A stretch of DNA of 63,804 bases, filler included, from Octopus bimaculoides (GCF_001194135.2; 4 parts of 4 records of this genome joined end to end with filler, not necessarily neighbours in it); one strand, 5' to 3'. Counted from the first letter of the whole stretch, positions 23,748-36,612 are shown. Made by a program: numbers and translations. The notes: generated from the letters alone by a model not told the origin.

Positions 23748-25383
23748 CTGTCACAAGTTGTCACACAAGCAACAAAATTACTGTCTAGAGTGGTGGTATC
23801 TTCTCAAAAGGAATTGATAAAATGAACGTAAAATTGAATATATTTGTTGTAAAGGGTTATTGCTAATCTCTCCCCTCCTTTATTTTGACAGCCTCAGTTC
23901 CTCCAAACTGCGATCCTTTTTAAGAACTTTTATACTGTATTTAGTTGCGTGCGTTGTGTGAGGTATTCTTTCAGCATTCACGTTTGTACTTCGCAATACT
24001 GTCCCTTCCGTTTTTGTCCATCTTCATTGTTTCAAAACTTTCACGGTCTCATCTTCAAGATGGAGTAATCTTGCTGTGAGTTCAATGCGTTTGGTATTGA
24101 CATTACACCAACAATTATAATTTTGAAATTTTTATTTACACATCATTCATATGTGTGTATATGCTTATGACTAATTATGTCTGTGTGTTTATTTTAACAT
24201 TGTGCTGTGTTATGCTTCATAAATGGTTTATTTTGATTTTTATAGAGGAATTCTATGGAATATAAATGTGCTGTCTACTAATGTTTTCTTAACCCGCTTA
24301 GTGGTTGACGGTGTAGTAGATTGTAGTTGCCCCTTGTAATTGCATGGTGAGTTGATAAGAGATTGTCATACTTGTAAGACCAATATAACAGTTGGAGTCG
24401 TGAAGTTTACAACTTTCAAGTTTGCTATAAATTCCATTAATCATAACTAACTTGTTCGGTGGTTTACACGAATGTTTTTAACGTCGTTAGTTGATGGTCT
24501 GAGGTAGAGTATTTTGTGTTCTGTTTTATGAGGAGTTTCCTATAAAAATTATTTAGTCAATATAACTAAAACTTTCTTATGTGTTCTTCTTTAAATAAAA
24601 TAATAGGGCGTGATTTGAGGGAGATTTGATTGCATGGTTATTGTTGCTGTTGTTGTTGTTATAATTCTTACTGCTGTTATTAGCGTTGTAGTTGTTGCTT
24701 TGATGATGGTTGTTGTTGTTGTTGTTACTGTTGTGATTTTAGTGGTGATGTTATTGTTGATACTGTTGTTGTTGCCGTTGCTGCTGTTGGTGTTGCTGGT
24801 GGTGATGGCGGCAAAGATGTTGTTGACATCGTGGCTGATATTGTACTTGATGTTCTAGCTGCTGTCGTTGATAAAGTTGTTGATTATTTCTGTTTTGCTT
24901 TTGGATTTTGTTTTCACTAACTGTAAAATTCAATCAGCAGCCATGATAACGAATTAATCTATAACAAACAACCGAAAGTTCCACCTAAAAAAAATATATA
25001 TATATATTATATATTTAAAAACAATAACAACAGACAGACAATAATTTGGAGGAGTGAGTCTGGTGGCGGTGGTGGTGGTGGTGGTGGTGTGGATAAGAGG
25101 TATGAAGTGTACCAGTTGACCCTGCTTAGTTGAGGTGAATCAGTAATATTTCTCCGTCCACCAGACACAAAATTACNNNNNNNNNNNNNNNNNNNNNNNN
25201 NNNNNNNNNNNNNNNNNNNNNNNNNNNNNNNNNNNNNNNNNNNNNNNNNNNNNNNGATTCATATACATGGACGCCATTGCGTTCTCTCTCTCCCCCATCT
25301 CCCCCCTGTCTCTATATGGACGCCATTTCACTCTCCGTTCCCCTCTCCCTCACTTTTCTGTTTTTTACTTTCTTCTTCTCTCT

Positions 25384-25440
<57 letters not shown>

Positions 25441-25516
25441 TGCTCCGCATCACTGCATCTTTCTTTCTCCCACCTCTCTGTTTCTCCACATATATGCATA
25501 TTCACAAATATACATC

Positions 25517-25547
<31 letters not shown>

Positions 25548-25988
25548 GTTTACTCTTCACCCCTTTTCTTGCTCATCTTCCCTCTACTGTCTCTCCCGTC
25601 CCATCTTTCTCTCCTCCTCTGTATCTTTCTTGTCCAGTTTCTTTAAAAAACATGCCTCAAACAGAAAAACACGAAAGTCGCAACAACATTTCGCACATCC
25701 CAATCAAAAAGGAATCCCTCTCTCTTCCTCTTTCTCTCGTTTTCTCTAGCTCTTGTTTATTCTGTATATCTTGATGTCGTCAACTCTCCCCCACTCTCTA
25801 ATTCTGTTTTCGAATTGCTGCAGCATGAACGTTACAGTGTAACATTTTCCATTTCCATGTTTGAAACGATGAACCTTGATTAAAGTCAGACGTTCCTGTA
25901 TCCACAGCACCGCATCATATCTCATCCGTCGGTGGGAACATGACAACTTACTACACCAAGGCTCAATAATTAGAGGAAGCCTTTATGT

Positions 25989-26253
25989 TAGTGCTTCTCA
26001 CGTAGGGTACATATGGCCCTTGGTGGGGTCCATATAAATTTTTTTATTAAAATTTATATGCAATAAATTCAATAAATTGTTTGTACTTCTATAATACTTA
26101 AAATATTTTAACAATGTTTTTAAATACAATTCTTAATAATATTTAATTATAAAAATATAGTAGGATTTTTTAAACATTGAATAGTTTTGGGGGCCCACAT
26201 GAGTAAAATAAGAATTAAAGGGGTTCATAGATAAACAGTTGTTGAGAACCCTG
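25989..26253. mobile_element. hAT (Charlie-like) MITE
   Basis: TAGTGCTTCTCA at left, GTTGAGAACCCTG at right; no clear 8-bp TSD. Confidence 0.6.
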
Positions 26254-26514
26254 CTCAATTTGGTCGCTAGATTTGTTAGAAATATCAATCAAATCGCTGG
26301 AATCGTACTCTACCGTCTTAAAAATAAGACAGTTTTCCTGCACATAGTAAAAATGCCTTCTTACGCATAGTAAAATCGCTTTCTTATACATAGCAAGAAC
26401 CTTAGTTCTGCTTAATCAGAACTGCTTAATGTTCTGCTTAATGAGAACTGACCTTGGAAATAACGACAATCTTTTATGTCTCTCTCTTCCCTAGTCATGA
26501 ACAAATCTACATTG

Positions 26515-26615
26515 GAATACTGGGTCGATTCATTTGACTAAAATTCCTCATGGCGGTACCCCAGCATGGCCGCAGTCTTATAACTGCAACAAGTAAAAGA
26601 TAAAAGATAAAAGAT
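26515..26615 (+). mobile_element. family B SINE 3' tail
   Basis: CTGGGTCGATTCATTTGACT...CCCCAGCATGGCCGCAGTC...(GATAAAA)n. Confidence 0.8.
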
Positions 26616-26975
26616 GGCTACGTATCTTCTATATTCAAGTACAAACAACTACAACCGTTTTCTCATCATCAGTGCTAGGGCCAGCTGCGCATTAAACAAT
26701 TTTATTAAATCCTTCTTAAGCCTGCAACCAATTGCTACACTATTCCTAATCACGTTTCTTTTTTTCTTATTGGCATCACCGTGAATAACATTAATCATGT
26801 TAATCGCCATCAGTCTTAGAGGATCCGAATGCGTGACGAGCGCTGTCTATAGACATCAGTCTACATAACATCAATCAAGTGAATTCTTTTCAGTCAGAAA
26901 AGACCTAAATACAGTTTAAGTGCTCCCTATAGACATCACTATCTATAAAATATCAACTATGTCAACCTTCTAGAG

Positions 26976-27160
26976 CAATGGTTCTCGACTGGGACACCTA
27001 TGACCACCCAAGGGACCATATAAGATTTTGTGGGGTCCACGTAACTATTACAACAGAACCGGTCATTTTTTTTCCTTTTGCTCCAAATAAGGCTCGAGGT
27101 CACTGTAGCGTAAGGGACTACTAAGATGGAAAAAGGGGCCTACATATTGAAAAGATGTCG
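26976..27160. mobile_element. hAT-like MITE related to 25989-26253
   Basis: CAATGGTTCTCGAC start; GGGACCATATAAGATTTTGTGGGGTCCA similar to the other copy. Confidence 0.5.
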
Positions 27161-27608
27161 ATTGACAGAAAGCTTAATGGGCTGGATATCATAGACCCGA
27201 GGAAAAAGAAAACGATGGTTGTGAGTTCCAGAGGGCAGCATTTTGAAGAAAGAAACTACTAGCATGAAAGAACTTAGCTAATAGGAAGCTCAACAGAGAA
27301 ACGATGAGCCTGGGAAGAGAAGCGGGTCACTCGTTTAAATGACTTGACAGAAAGTACTAACTAGTCCCTCCGTTAGGAACTTTACTAAGCCTTACTAACT
27401 ATTACTAATAATGTAAAGCAGAGATGTTGATTGGTCAATGATATAAGTTCGATGTTATCCTTCAGTTCAATGTACAATGTTGGTTAGAGTTGCTGGAATA
27501 TATTTGAGATGTGTTTGGTATTGGCTTAACTCTGAGAGAAATCTACCGGAAATGACCAAAAATATACATCAAAGGCATCCATATTCATTTCATGTTTTAA
27601 TTAAATTT

Positions 27609-27647
<39 letters not shown>

Positions 27648-28760
27648 TACACACACACACGCATAAACAATTTCACACGCCCGTGCACGTACTCATGCAC
27701 AGACGAGTTATAAAAAACTGAAACTTGGCAAAACTTTACTCCGACTTTCCCACTACCGTTCACACAACATTCATTATGGGGACACTATTTTTGTTTCAGT
27801 TGTTTACATGTGTGTGTGTTTGCTTGTGTGTGTGAATGTGTCTGTGTGAGTGNNNNNNNNNNNNNNNNNNNNNNNNNNNNNNNNNNNNNNNNNNNNNNNN
27901 NNNNNNNNNNNNNNNNNNNNNNNNNNNNNNNNNNNNNNNNNNNNNNNNNNNNNNNNNNNNNNNNNNNNNNNNNNNNNNNNNNNNNNNNNNNNNNNNNNNN
28001 NNNNNNNNNNNNNNNNNNNNNNNNNNNNNNNNNNNNNNNNNNNNNNNNNNNNNNNNNNNNNNNNNNNNNNNNNNNNNNNNNNNNNNNNNNNNNNNNNNNN
28101 NNNNNNNNNNNNNNNNNNNNNNNNNNNNNNNNNNNNNNNNNNNNNNNNNNNNNNNNNNNNNNNNNNNNNNNNNNNNNNNNNNNNNNNNNNNNNNNNNNNN
28201 NNNNNNNNNNNNNNNNNNNNNNNNNNNNNNNNNNNNNNNNNNNNNNNNNNNNNNNNNNNNNNNNNNNNNNNNNNNNNNNNNNNNNNNNNNNNNNNNNNNN
28301 NNNNNNNNNNNNNNNNNNNNNNNNNNNNNNNNNNNNNNNNNNNNNNNNNNNNNNNNNNNNNNNNNNNNNNNNNNNNNNNNNNNNNNNNNNNNNNNNNNNN
28401 NNNNNNNNNNNNNNNNNNNNNNNNNNNNNNNNNNNNNNNNNNNNNNNNNNNNNNNNNNNNNNNNNNNNNNNNNNNNNNNNNNNNNNNNNNNNNNNNNNNN
28501 NNNNNNNNNNNNNNNNNNNNNNNNNNNNNNNNNNNNNNNNNNNNNNNNNNNNNNNNNNNNNNNNNNNNNNNNNNNNNNNNNNNNNNNNNNNNNNNNNNNN
28601 NNNNNNNNNNNNNNNNNNNNNNNNNNNNNNNNNNNNNNNNNNNNNNNNNNNNNNNNNNNNNNNNNNNNNNNNNNNNNNNNNNNNNNNNNNNNNNNNNNNN
28701 NNNNNNNNNNNNNNNNNNNNNNNNNNNNNNNNNNNNNNNNNNNNNNNNNNNNNNNNNNNN

Positions 28761-28829
<69 letters not shown>

Positions 28830-28835
<6 letters not shown>

Positions 28836-28890
28836 CCACTGTTGGTGTGTTTACGTCCCATAACTTAGCGGTTCAGGAAAAGAGACCTTC
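28830..28890 (+). mobile_element. family B SINE 3'-half fragment
   Basis: GTTGGTGTGTTTACGTCCCATAACTTAGCGGTTCAGGAAAAGAGACC. Confidence 0.8.
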
Positions 28891-29930
28891 TTGGTGTTCT
28901 CCACTTCCCTCTGTGACACCTTTGAGGTAGGCTGCTTTATCGTGGTGTTAGTCGATTTCTTTCTTCTTCTTTCGGGTTGTCAATCTGTGGATGGTTGGTG
29001 AGTTGTTCTATTGTGGTGCGCTGCTTGACTTTCTTGTTTTCCTTCGGGTCGAGAGTTTGTGGTGGGTTGATGTGTTGTTTCGTCGCAGTGCTGGTTGACT
29101 CCCCCTTGATTTCTTTCGGGTCGTCAGACTGTGGTGGTTTGCTAGGTGGAGGGGGTGCTTCTGGTTGTAGGGCCTGTGGGCACATGATTTTTATGTAGCC
29201 CTTTTGCTCTTGGACTTCTTCCTTCCACCATGACTCTTAATATGGTCTCGTCCGGTAGTATTATTTGCTCTGGTATTTCTTCCAAGTCCTTCTGAGTGGC
29301 TTGGATTATTAGTTCCAGACCTTGACCCCAACATTTCTGCTGGTGTAGCCTGGTAGCCTGAAGAAATTAGCTCTATCCTCCAGGTTTAGCAGTACAGCTA
29401 TCACAAGCCACACTACGTCGATTCCGGTAGGACCTCTCCTATTATTTTTGAAGTACATCGACTCATGTACGTGGGCAGCAGCACCAGCTCATTTGTCTTC
29501 AAAGGCACTGTGGAATGTTCCTTTGCTTCTTCTTCAGAAGCGAACCTTACTTTCACAGTACCATATTTTCCCCCTTGCTACGTAAGTTGTTTTACCCCAT
29601 ATGAGCTGTAGACCTTTTTCGTTAGTTTCTTTTGGCATGCGTTCTATTTTTATTTTTTTTTTGAGTGATAGAGTTTTAAAAATTATAGTTTTCTATATTG
29701 TCTGTTGCATTATCTCGTTGGGAGGCGTTAGGTTTATGTTCGTGCCATCATTCTGTAACAGGCATTTGAATTTTTTAAAGTTTTCCAAGTCCAGGTTCAT
29801 AGTCTGTTGGTTGATTTCGGCTGCAGACGCAAAGCCGCATCATTCATTTCTTGTAGTTTTCGGTTGTAAATCATTGTTTTGGCTGGTGGTAAACTCCGAA
29901 CTAGTCTGTTTTGTATCAACTGGGTTTTTC
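28890..29930 (-). mobile_element. Tx1/L1-like LINE ORF1 remnant
   Basis: YGTVKVRFASEEEAKEHSTVPLKTNELVLLPTYM...VMVEGRSP...KGYIKIMCP; homologous to 41550-43150, zinc knuckle partly deleted. Confidence 0.75.
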
Positions 29931-29995
29931 TCCTCCCTCTCTCTCTCTCTCTCTCTTTCTCTCTCACTCTCTCTTTCTCTTTCTCTCTATCTCTA

Positions 29996-30043
<48 letters not shown>

Positions 30044-30808
30044 AGTGAGGGGCAGGAAAGCTTCATCGTACACTTCTCGTAAGTGGGTGTTGTTTCCTAT
30101 TAGTTTGAATTCCATACTAACGTCGGCGGGTTGAAGCTCATTGAAGCAAGGTTAGTCAGTCCATCAGATCTATTGTTAGTAGGTCGCCCCAAATGGGGCA
30201 AACCTACAAGTCTCCGCGAAACGTCAACCGCTAAGCGTGGTTGAATTAAAGGTACAGCAAAAAACACAAGAATTACATACGGTTCAACACAGTGACACAG
30301 CGAGCAAAAGAGCACACGACCGTGCAATTGAAAATGTCGAACCCGAATACGTCGTTTGACGACGGGAGAGTCTATCGTACATTCATACGTATTAGTCTTG
30401 TCACTTGTATATAATGCTTCAGTAGGAAGGTCTGGTATTGTCTCTGGTTGGGTTTTTAACACAAACGCCTCTCCAATCTGTATTGTCTTTATTGTACAAA
30501 AAAATAGATTTTAAACCCTCTAGAGGGAAACCTTCTATGATAATTGCAAAGATCATCACAGTTATTAGAAGATATGTGCTTGTGGTCCTACAGCATGTGT
30601 ATTTACTATTAACACTGTCTAGGAAACCGGTGATGTGACTCAAGTTATTATTATATCGTATTACTGTTGTTATTGTTGTTGTTGTTGTTGTGGTGGTGGT
30701 TGTCGTCGTGAAAGCGGTGTAGTGGTTGTCGTTTATCTCCTGTTTAGCTGGCATCGAGTAGACAATTCTATAATGCAAGGCTTTCCAACCTTGACCATTA
30801 TATTTTTT

Positions 30809-31217
30809 TAGGACGTGTGGCTGTGTGGTAAGTAGCTTGCTTACGAACCGCAAGGTTCCGGATTCAGTCCCACTGCATGGCACCTTGGGCAAGTGTCTTC
30901 TACTATAGCCTCGGGCCGACCAAAGCCTTGTGAGTGGATTTGGTAGACGGAAACTGAAAGATGCCAGTCGTATATATGTATATATATGTATGTGTGCGTA
31001 TATGTTTGTGTCTTTGTCCCCGTAACATCGTTTGACAACCGTTGCTGGTGTGTTTACGTCCCCGTAAATTAGCGGTTCGGCAAAATAGACCGATAGAATG
31101 AGTACTAGGCTTGCAAAGAATAAGTCCTGCGGTCGATTTGCTCAACTAAAGGCGGTGCTCCAGCATGGCCGCAGTCAAATGACTGAAACAAGTAAAAGAG
31201 TAAAGAGTAAAAGAGTA
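30809..31217 (+). mobile_element. family B SINE, full length
   Basis: Head, core, 3' block GGTGCTCCAGCATGGCCGCAGTCAAATGACTGAAAC and (AAAGAGT)n tail. Confidence 0.92.
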
Positions 31218-31539
31218 TATCTACACGTGTACTCCCACCTGACTTAATGATGCCTCATAACTTTCAGAAAAATGGTGAATTTTCTAAAGAAATTTCCAAC
31301 AAATACCTTTTAGATGCTGTAGATTAGGATTATAATGGAATTTAATAAGGAGAAAAAAATGTGTGTGCGTACACATACATTCTGACACACGTCACGAAAT
31401 TGCTTCAACTTTTGGTGGTCCAAATCGGATATGCAATCTATGTGGGTGTCTTTCAAAACATTGTCTGGTTTAAAAAGCCACATCAGATGCCATAATGGTT
31501 CTATTGTGTAGGTAGAGGAGGTGGTCAGACTCTGCATAT

Positions 31540-31958
31540 ATAGGCGCAAGCGTGGCTGTGTGGTAAGAAGCTTGCTTTCTAACCACATGGTTCTGTGTTC
31601 AGTCCCATTGCGTGGTACCTTGGGCAAGTGTCTTCTACTATAGTCTCGGGTCGATCAAAGTCTTATGAGCGGATTTGGTAGACGGAAACTGAAGGAAGCT
31701 CGTTGTGTGTGTGTACATATATATATATGTGTGTGTGTGCGTGTGAGTTTATATATTTATGTGTGTGTGTCTTTGTATCTATGTTTCTCCCTCCACCATC
31801 ACTTGACAATCGATGCTGTTGTGTTTATGTCCCCACAACCTAGTGGTTCGGTAAAAGAGACCGAGAGAATAAGTACTAGGCTTACAAAGAATAAGTCCTG
31901 GGGTCGATTTTACTCTTCTACACGTTTCAATCATTTGACTGCGGCCATGCTGGAGCAG
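31540..31958 (+). mobile_element. family B SINE with inverted terminal ~47 bp
   Basis: Sense body to GGGGTCGATTT (31910), then reverse complement of the 3' block. Confidence 0.85.
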
Positions 31959-32029
31959 CTATATATATATAGTTCAAATTTACAGATAACAAAAGACGAA
32001 GACAGTTGAGAGAACCACAAGCAGGGGTA

Positions 32030-32100
32030 TTAATTTTGACACTCGGGAAGAATGGGGAAGTCTTTGACGTTTCGAGCCTACGCTCTTCCACAGAAAGGAA
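32030..32100 (-). mobile_element. Penelope-like terminal-repeat fragment with hammerhead-like motif
   Basis: CTGTGGA-A-GAGC-GTAG-GCTC-GAAAC-GTC-AAA-GAC: good helix II, mutated core. Confidence 0.45.
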
Positions 32101-35100
32101 TCAGAAGAAAAAAATAGAGGGAAAGAAAAACGGAGAGAGAAAAAATATGAAAGGATTATATGTGTGTGTGCGTGTGTGTTGTCATTATGTATGTATACAC
32201 GGCCACCAATGTTTTGTTAGATTAAATTCCGACATTAGCGTAATCTATAACATCTGAAAGTTATTTGTAGAAAACTTCATTAAAAATTATCCATTTTTCT
32301 GTAAGTTATGAGGAAACAAAGTCGTCTCTTGTGAAATGTCCGAAACCCTCTTTTTTTACCCCGCCACCGAAGATTTTTTTCCTGCTAAATTCCGATATAA
32401 ACGGAATCTACGTCAACTAAAGCATATATGTAGAAAATCTTATTAAAACAATATTTATTTTTCTGAAAGTTATGACTAAACGGACTCGGTGTGGGTGGCC
32501 ACACTTGTGTAGATAGGCCTTTTTCTACAAACACACATATCTTATTTCTTAGACGATAGGCTAAGATATGCGTGAGAATTGACTGCTATGTCTAGTACAT
32601 CGATCATCCACATAGCAGCTCCCATGTCGGCATGTTGTTGCCGGACAGGAGTGAGAAGTAGAAATTACACCGAATGACCTCTCTGGATTAACAAGAAACA
32701 AATCTTAATTTCACTGGTTTGGTGATGGCGGAGTGGCTGCAGTGGAGTGGGGCGCGGAGGCTTTGATTATTAAATGGAACAGGTAGTCGCACGCACGCGC
32801 ATGCGTGTGTATGGTTGTGTTATATTAATGCAAGTGTGTGTGTTAGTTCTTTGAAGTATGTATGCGTAAGTTGGTGCAGAGAAGGAATGAATGAATAAAT
32901 AAATAAATAAATAAATAAATGGAATGATAAACCTTCTGAAGACAAATATAAAGAATTAGAATAAGGGATGCATTACAGGTTCCTGTGTATAAAATGTGTA
33001 TGTATGAGCGTGACAATGAACATGTGGTGGTGGCGGCGGCTGTGGCGGCGGCGGTGGTGGTGGTTGTAGTTGTGGTTGTGGTTGTGGNNNNNNNNNNNNN
33101 NNNNNNNNNNNNNNNNNNNNNNNNNNNNNNNNNNNNNNNNGTGGTGGTGGTGGTGCTGTTGGTGGTGGTGGTGTTGTTGGTGGTGGTGTTGGTGGTGTTG
33201 GTGTTGGTGGTGGTGGTGTTGTTGGTGGTGGTGTTGGTGGTGGTGGTGTTGGTGGTGGTGGTGTTGTTGGTGGTGGTGCTGCTGCTGATAGTGGTTCTGG
33301 ATTTCATCTCCCTCCTTGGCACGTTACGCAAACGTTGACCAATGTCTTTTGAGTGATCTCTATGTATGTGTGTATATATGCCTATGTCTATGTGTCTGCA
33401 TGCGTGTAAGAGTATGTGTTGTCCTCTGATGTCGATAGGCAAAAGTTGTAAACATCGGCGAGGAAATCCGAAAATGGTCCCTTCGAGTGTGTGGTGATTG
33501 TTCCGCCCAGTTTAAATCAATTTTAATTGACGTCATCGTATATGCAGTGGGCCGGCAATTAGCTAGTTGGAAACTTGTATGCCACAAATTTTAATGTTTA
33601 CAAACTTTGTTATTATAATATAATAAAACAAGATTTTGTCACAAAGAAGTCTGCTTCTCAACCACGTGGTTCTGTGTTCGTTAGCGCTGAACGGCATTTT
33701 GAGAGAATTGTGCTATAAAACAATTTACAATAAAAAGGTATAGCAATATCAAATACAATCTGTTATGGTGTGAAAAATGAAGGAAGAAAAGGTGACGTTT
33801 CGGATAGTTTGTTGCTTGTCAAGAGTTAGTGGAGAAGAGAAATAGTAGTTTCCTAGTGAGGTCAGAGTTACTTCTCTTCGGTATCAGGTCCCGAAGAGAA
33901 ATAAAGGGTTCAAAATGCATCCAGCAATCCAATAATATACGCTAAGTTTTCTATAGCGCTAGTGTCTTAATAGCTTTTTGTCTTGGGCGAGAATTTTTTT
34001 CCATGTAAAACTGCAGAGAAAAGCATTTTTACGATTTCAAGTATCTTTCAGATATAATTGAATTAGTCATAAGTTTGTTTATATGCGTGTGTGTGTGCAT
34101 ACATACACACACATACACACGCACAGACACGTTTATATAATGGGATATTTACAACGAAATAGCAAAGATAGTATTAAAAATGTACAAAAACAAAACTGTA
34201 ACAAAATACAAACTGGAATTTTTTATATCATTTCAGGATACACACACGCACTCATACATGCATACATACATACATACATACATACATACATACATACATA
34301 CATACCTATATGTATATCGTTAAACATTATAAATATATATATATATATATCTTTATACACTTTATATATATATAACATAACACACACACATATATATATA
34401 TCTATATATTTCCTAATTTTTGAATTAACCTGCATACATACATACGTACGCAGCTACCTACCTATCTACCTACGTACATACATATGTGCATATAAACATA
34501 CATAAATACATGCATACGTAAATACATACTGATGTGTTATACCATCATATATATATATGCGTGTGTATATACACACACGCACATGCATATATATGTATGT
34601 GCATCTGTACGTATATATGTATATAACTTGGAATGCACCCCAACAAAACGTAAAGGTACAGTTTCTCACAGAGTCGAGAATGAAACCGATGGCGAATTCT
34701 TGTTGATTTTACCCAACAGGAAATGCAGAAAGCGCCCACCTCCACCACTTCACCACTGCGCATTAAATAAATTAAATGATACATTTTTAGAAGCATTTAG
34801 CCACGTCATAATCCTCATGAATTGTATAAAAAACATACGACTGAATATTCAACAAATATGTAAAATAGGCGCAAGTAAATAAACTAAGATCGATTTCTGC
34901 TAGATCTACAGATTTTAGGTGGTTTACTCCATGCAGACTGTGAACATTAAACAGTATGGATGGGTGATCATGCGCCACTCTTAATCACTGTATAAACACA
35001 TTAAAATATTTATTACATTTGGGCCAGATAAATTTTCTTCGAGCAATTAAACGAAATGTATTAATTAAGCGACAAAAAACATTTATGTATGTGTTGAGTA

Positions 35101-35208
35101 TAGACATCAAACTATTTAACCAACCTCTACGCACGCATTTATATGCGTGCATATGTATGTATATCTGTGAATGTGTCTGTATACACACACACACACACAC
35201 ACACATAC

Positions 35209-35247
<39 letters not shown>

Positions 35248-35270
35248 CACATATACACATACACATATAC

Positions 35271-35503
35271 AAGGCGGCGAGCTGGCAGAAACGTTAGCAC
35301 GCCGGGCGAAATGCTTAGCGGTATTTCGTCTGCCGCTACGTTCTGAGTTCAAATTCCGCCGAGGTCGACTTTGCCTTTCATCCTTTCGGGGTCGATTAAA
35401 TAAGTACCAGTTACGCACTGGGGTCGATATAATCGACTTAATCCGTTTGTCTGTCTTTGTTTGTCCCCTCTGTGTGTAGCCCCTTGTGGGTAGTAAAGAA
35501 ATA
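35271..35503 (+). mobile_element. family A SINE, intact-looking (probably young) copy
   Basis: CpG-rich, uninterrupted head, hairpin, B-box and core; embedded in TA/CA microsatellite. Confidence 0.92.
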
Positions 35504-36036
35504 ACACATATACATATATATAAATACACATGTACACATGCATACATACACACATATGAATATATAAATATAAACATTTACTAACACACGTACATACATT
35601 TGTATGTACGTGTTGACTCTGANNNNNNNNNNACACGTACATACATTTGTATGTACGTGTTGACTCTGATTTGCAGTGCTAGAAAGTTTCACAGACGCAA
35701 ACAGCGGTAATTCGGTGGCGATAACATTGACTGATAAGGTAGCCGCAGCTACTAAATAAGAGACGAAGCTCATTTTTATTAGCCTGTTCAGTTCACGTGA
35801 TGGAATCAGTTACTTCGGCTATTGTTAATTGTTGTAGTAACTTGCGGGTGATTGAAGTAATTCTAGTGCAAAATATAGTAGCAACAGCTCCTGCTTCCGT
35901 TAAAAATCCAGTGAAATTAGAAGTTTCAGGAAAATGCACAAAATAATATTAACAACTGATGGCTTAAAATTGGCTGAGAGAGAGCTCTGTTGGTGGCGGC
36001 AGTATGAAAGTTTAGTTTTCATGTTAAGGGTTATAG

Positions 36037-36301
36037 TGAGCTGTGGAAATGTTTGCAGTTTCTCAGTGAGACAGAAGCAACAGCTCTACGCTCAGGGTGA
36101 GTAAGAAGGAGTCTTGTCAAGAAAGTTATAGGTTACACTGGGCAGAGCATTTATCTTGCACGGAAGATTCCAGGTTAATTACAGGAAAGTGGAGCTTTTC
36201 CTCTTCTAGGACTTGAAGGAGTACATGTTCTTTCTAAGCATATTCTTGAATTTGTTACTTGCAAGTCGTATAATTCGTCAGGATACCATAAAGTGGAGTA
36301 A
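36037..36301 (+). CDS. candidate two-exon segment (36037-36096, 36210-36301) with 113-nt intron
   Basis: Strong donor CAGG/GTGAGT and acceptor cttttcctcttctag; phase-1 join gives ...QLYAQ-GLEGVHVLSKHILEFVTCKSYNSSGYHKVE*; alternative frame SELWKCLQFLSETEATALRS. Confidence 0.2.
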
Positions 36302-36464
36302 AAGTCACTCAGTAGAAAGGCAAAAATCTACTCAGTAGAAAAATAGATTGATTTCATATCGGCACATGAGCTAAGACTTGCGTGTGTGTTTTCTGTTACT
36401 GCGTGCTATATTGAAAACGATGTTGTCTCGGCAAGAATAACTAAATTTATCTTGCCTGTCTTAC

Positions 36465-36490
36465 CTTAAAATAACTATCTTGCCTTTCAT
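36465..36490 (-). CDS. candidate first coding exon MKGKIVIL(x)
   Basis: ATG at 36490, consensus donor AAG/GTAAGA at 36464, downstream of promoter-like motifs. Confidence 0.25.
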
Positions 36491-36529
36491 GTCTTAATAT
36501 AACAGCGCAAAAATGTAAACTAACACAGA

Positions 36530-36612
36530 CTAGCCGCCATTTACAAGAGCTGAGGAATAACAAAAGAACATTGGTCTAATTTTAATAACCATGACTGTGT
36601 TCGATTGGTAAT
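36530..36612 (-). promoter_or_regulatory. candidate core promoter: two CCAAT boxes and a YY1-like AAATGGCGGC
   Basis: CCAAT at 36608-36604 and 36574-36570 (34 bp apart), AAATGGCGGC at 36542-36533, in non-repetitive DNA. Confidence 0.3.

Noticed and set aside
27785-28930. Long ORFs made of X (also near 6.6-7.3, 16.6-17.6, 23.0-23.7, 44.5-45.3, 48.2-49.1, 62.8-63.3 kb)
   Set aside because: They only span N gaps
32843-33442. Poly-T/V/I/H/S/YI/CV ORFs throughout the track
   Set aside because: Translations of microsatellites
35585-35670. Direct duplication across a 10-N gap (also 61213-61290), including a 13-bp palindrome
   Set aside because: Typical unmerged contig overlap
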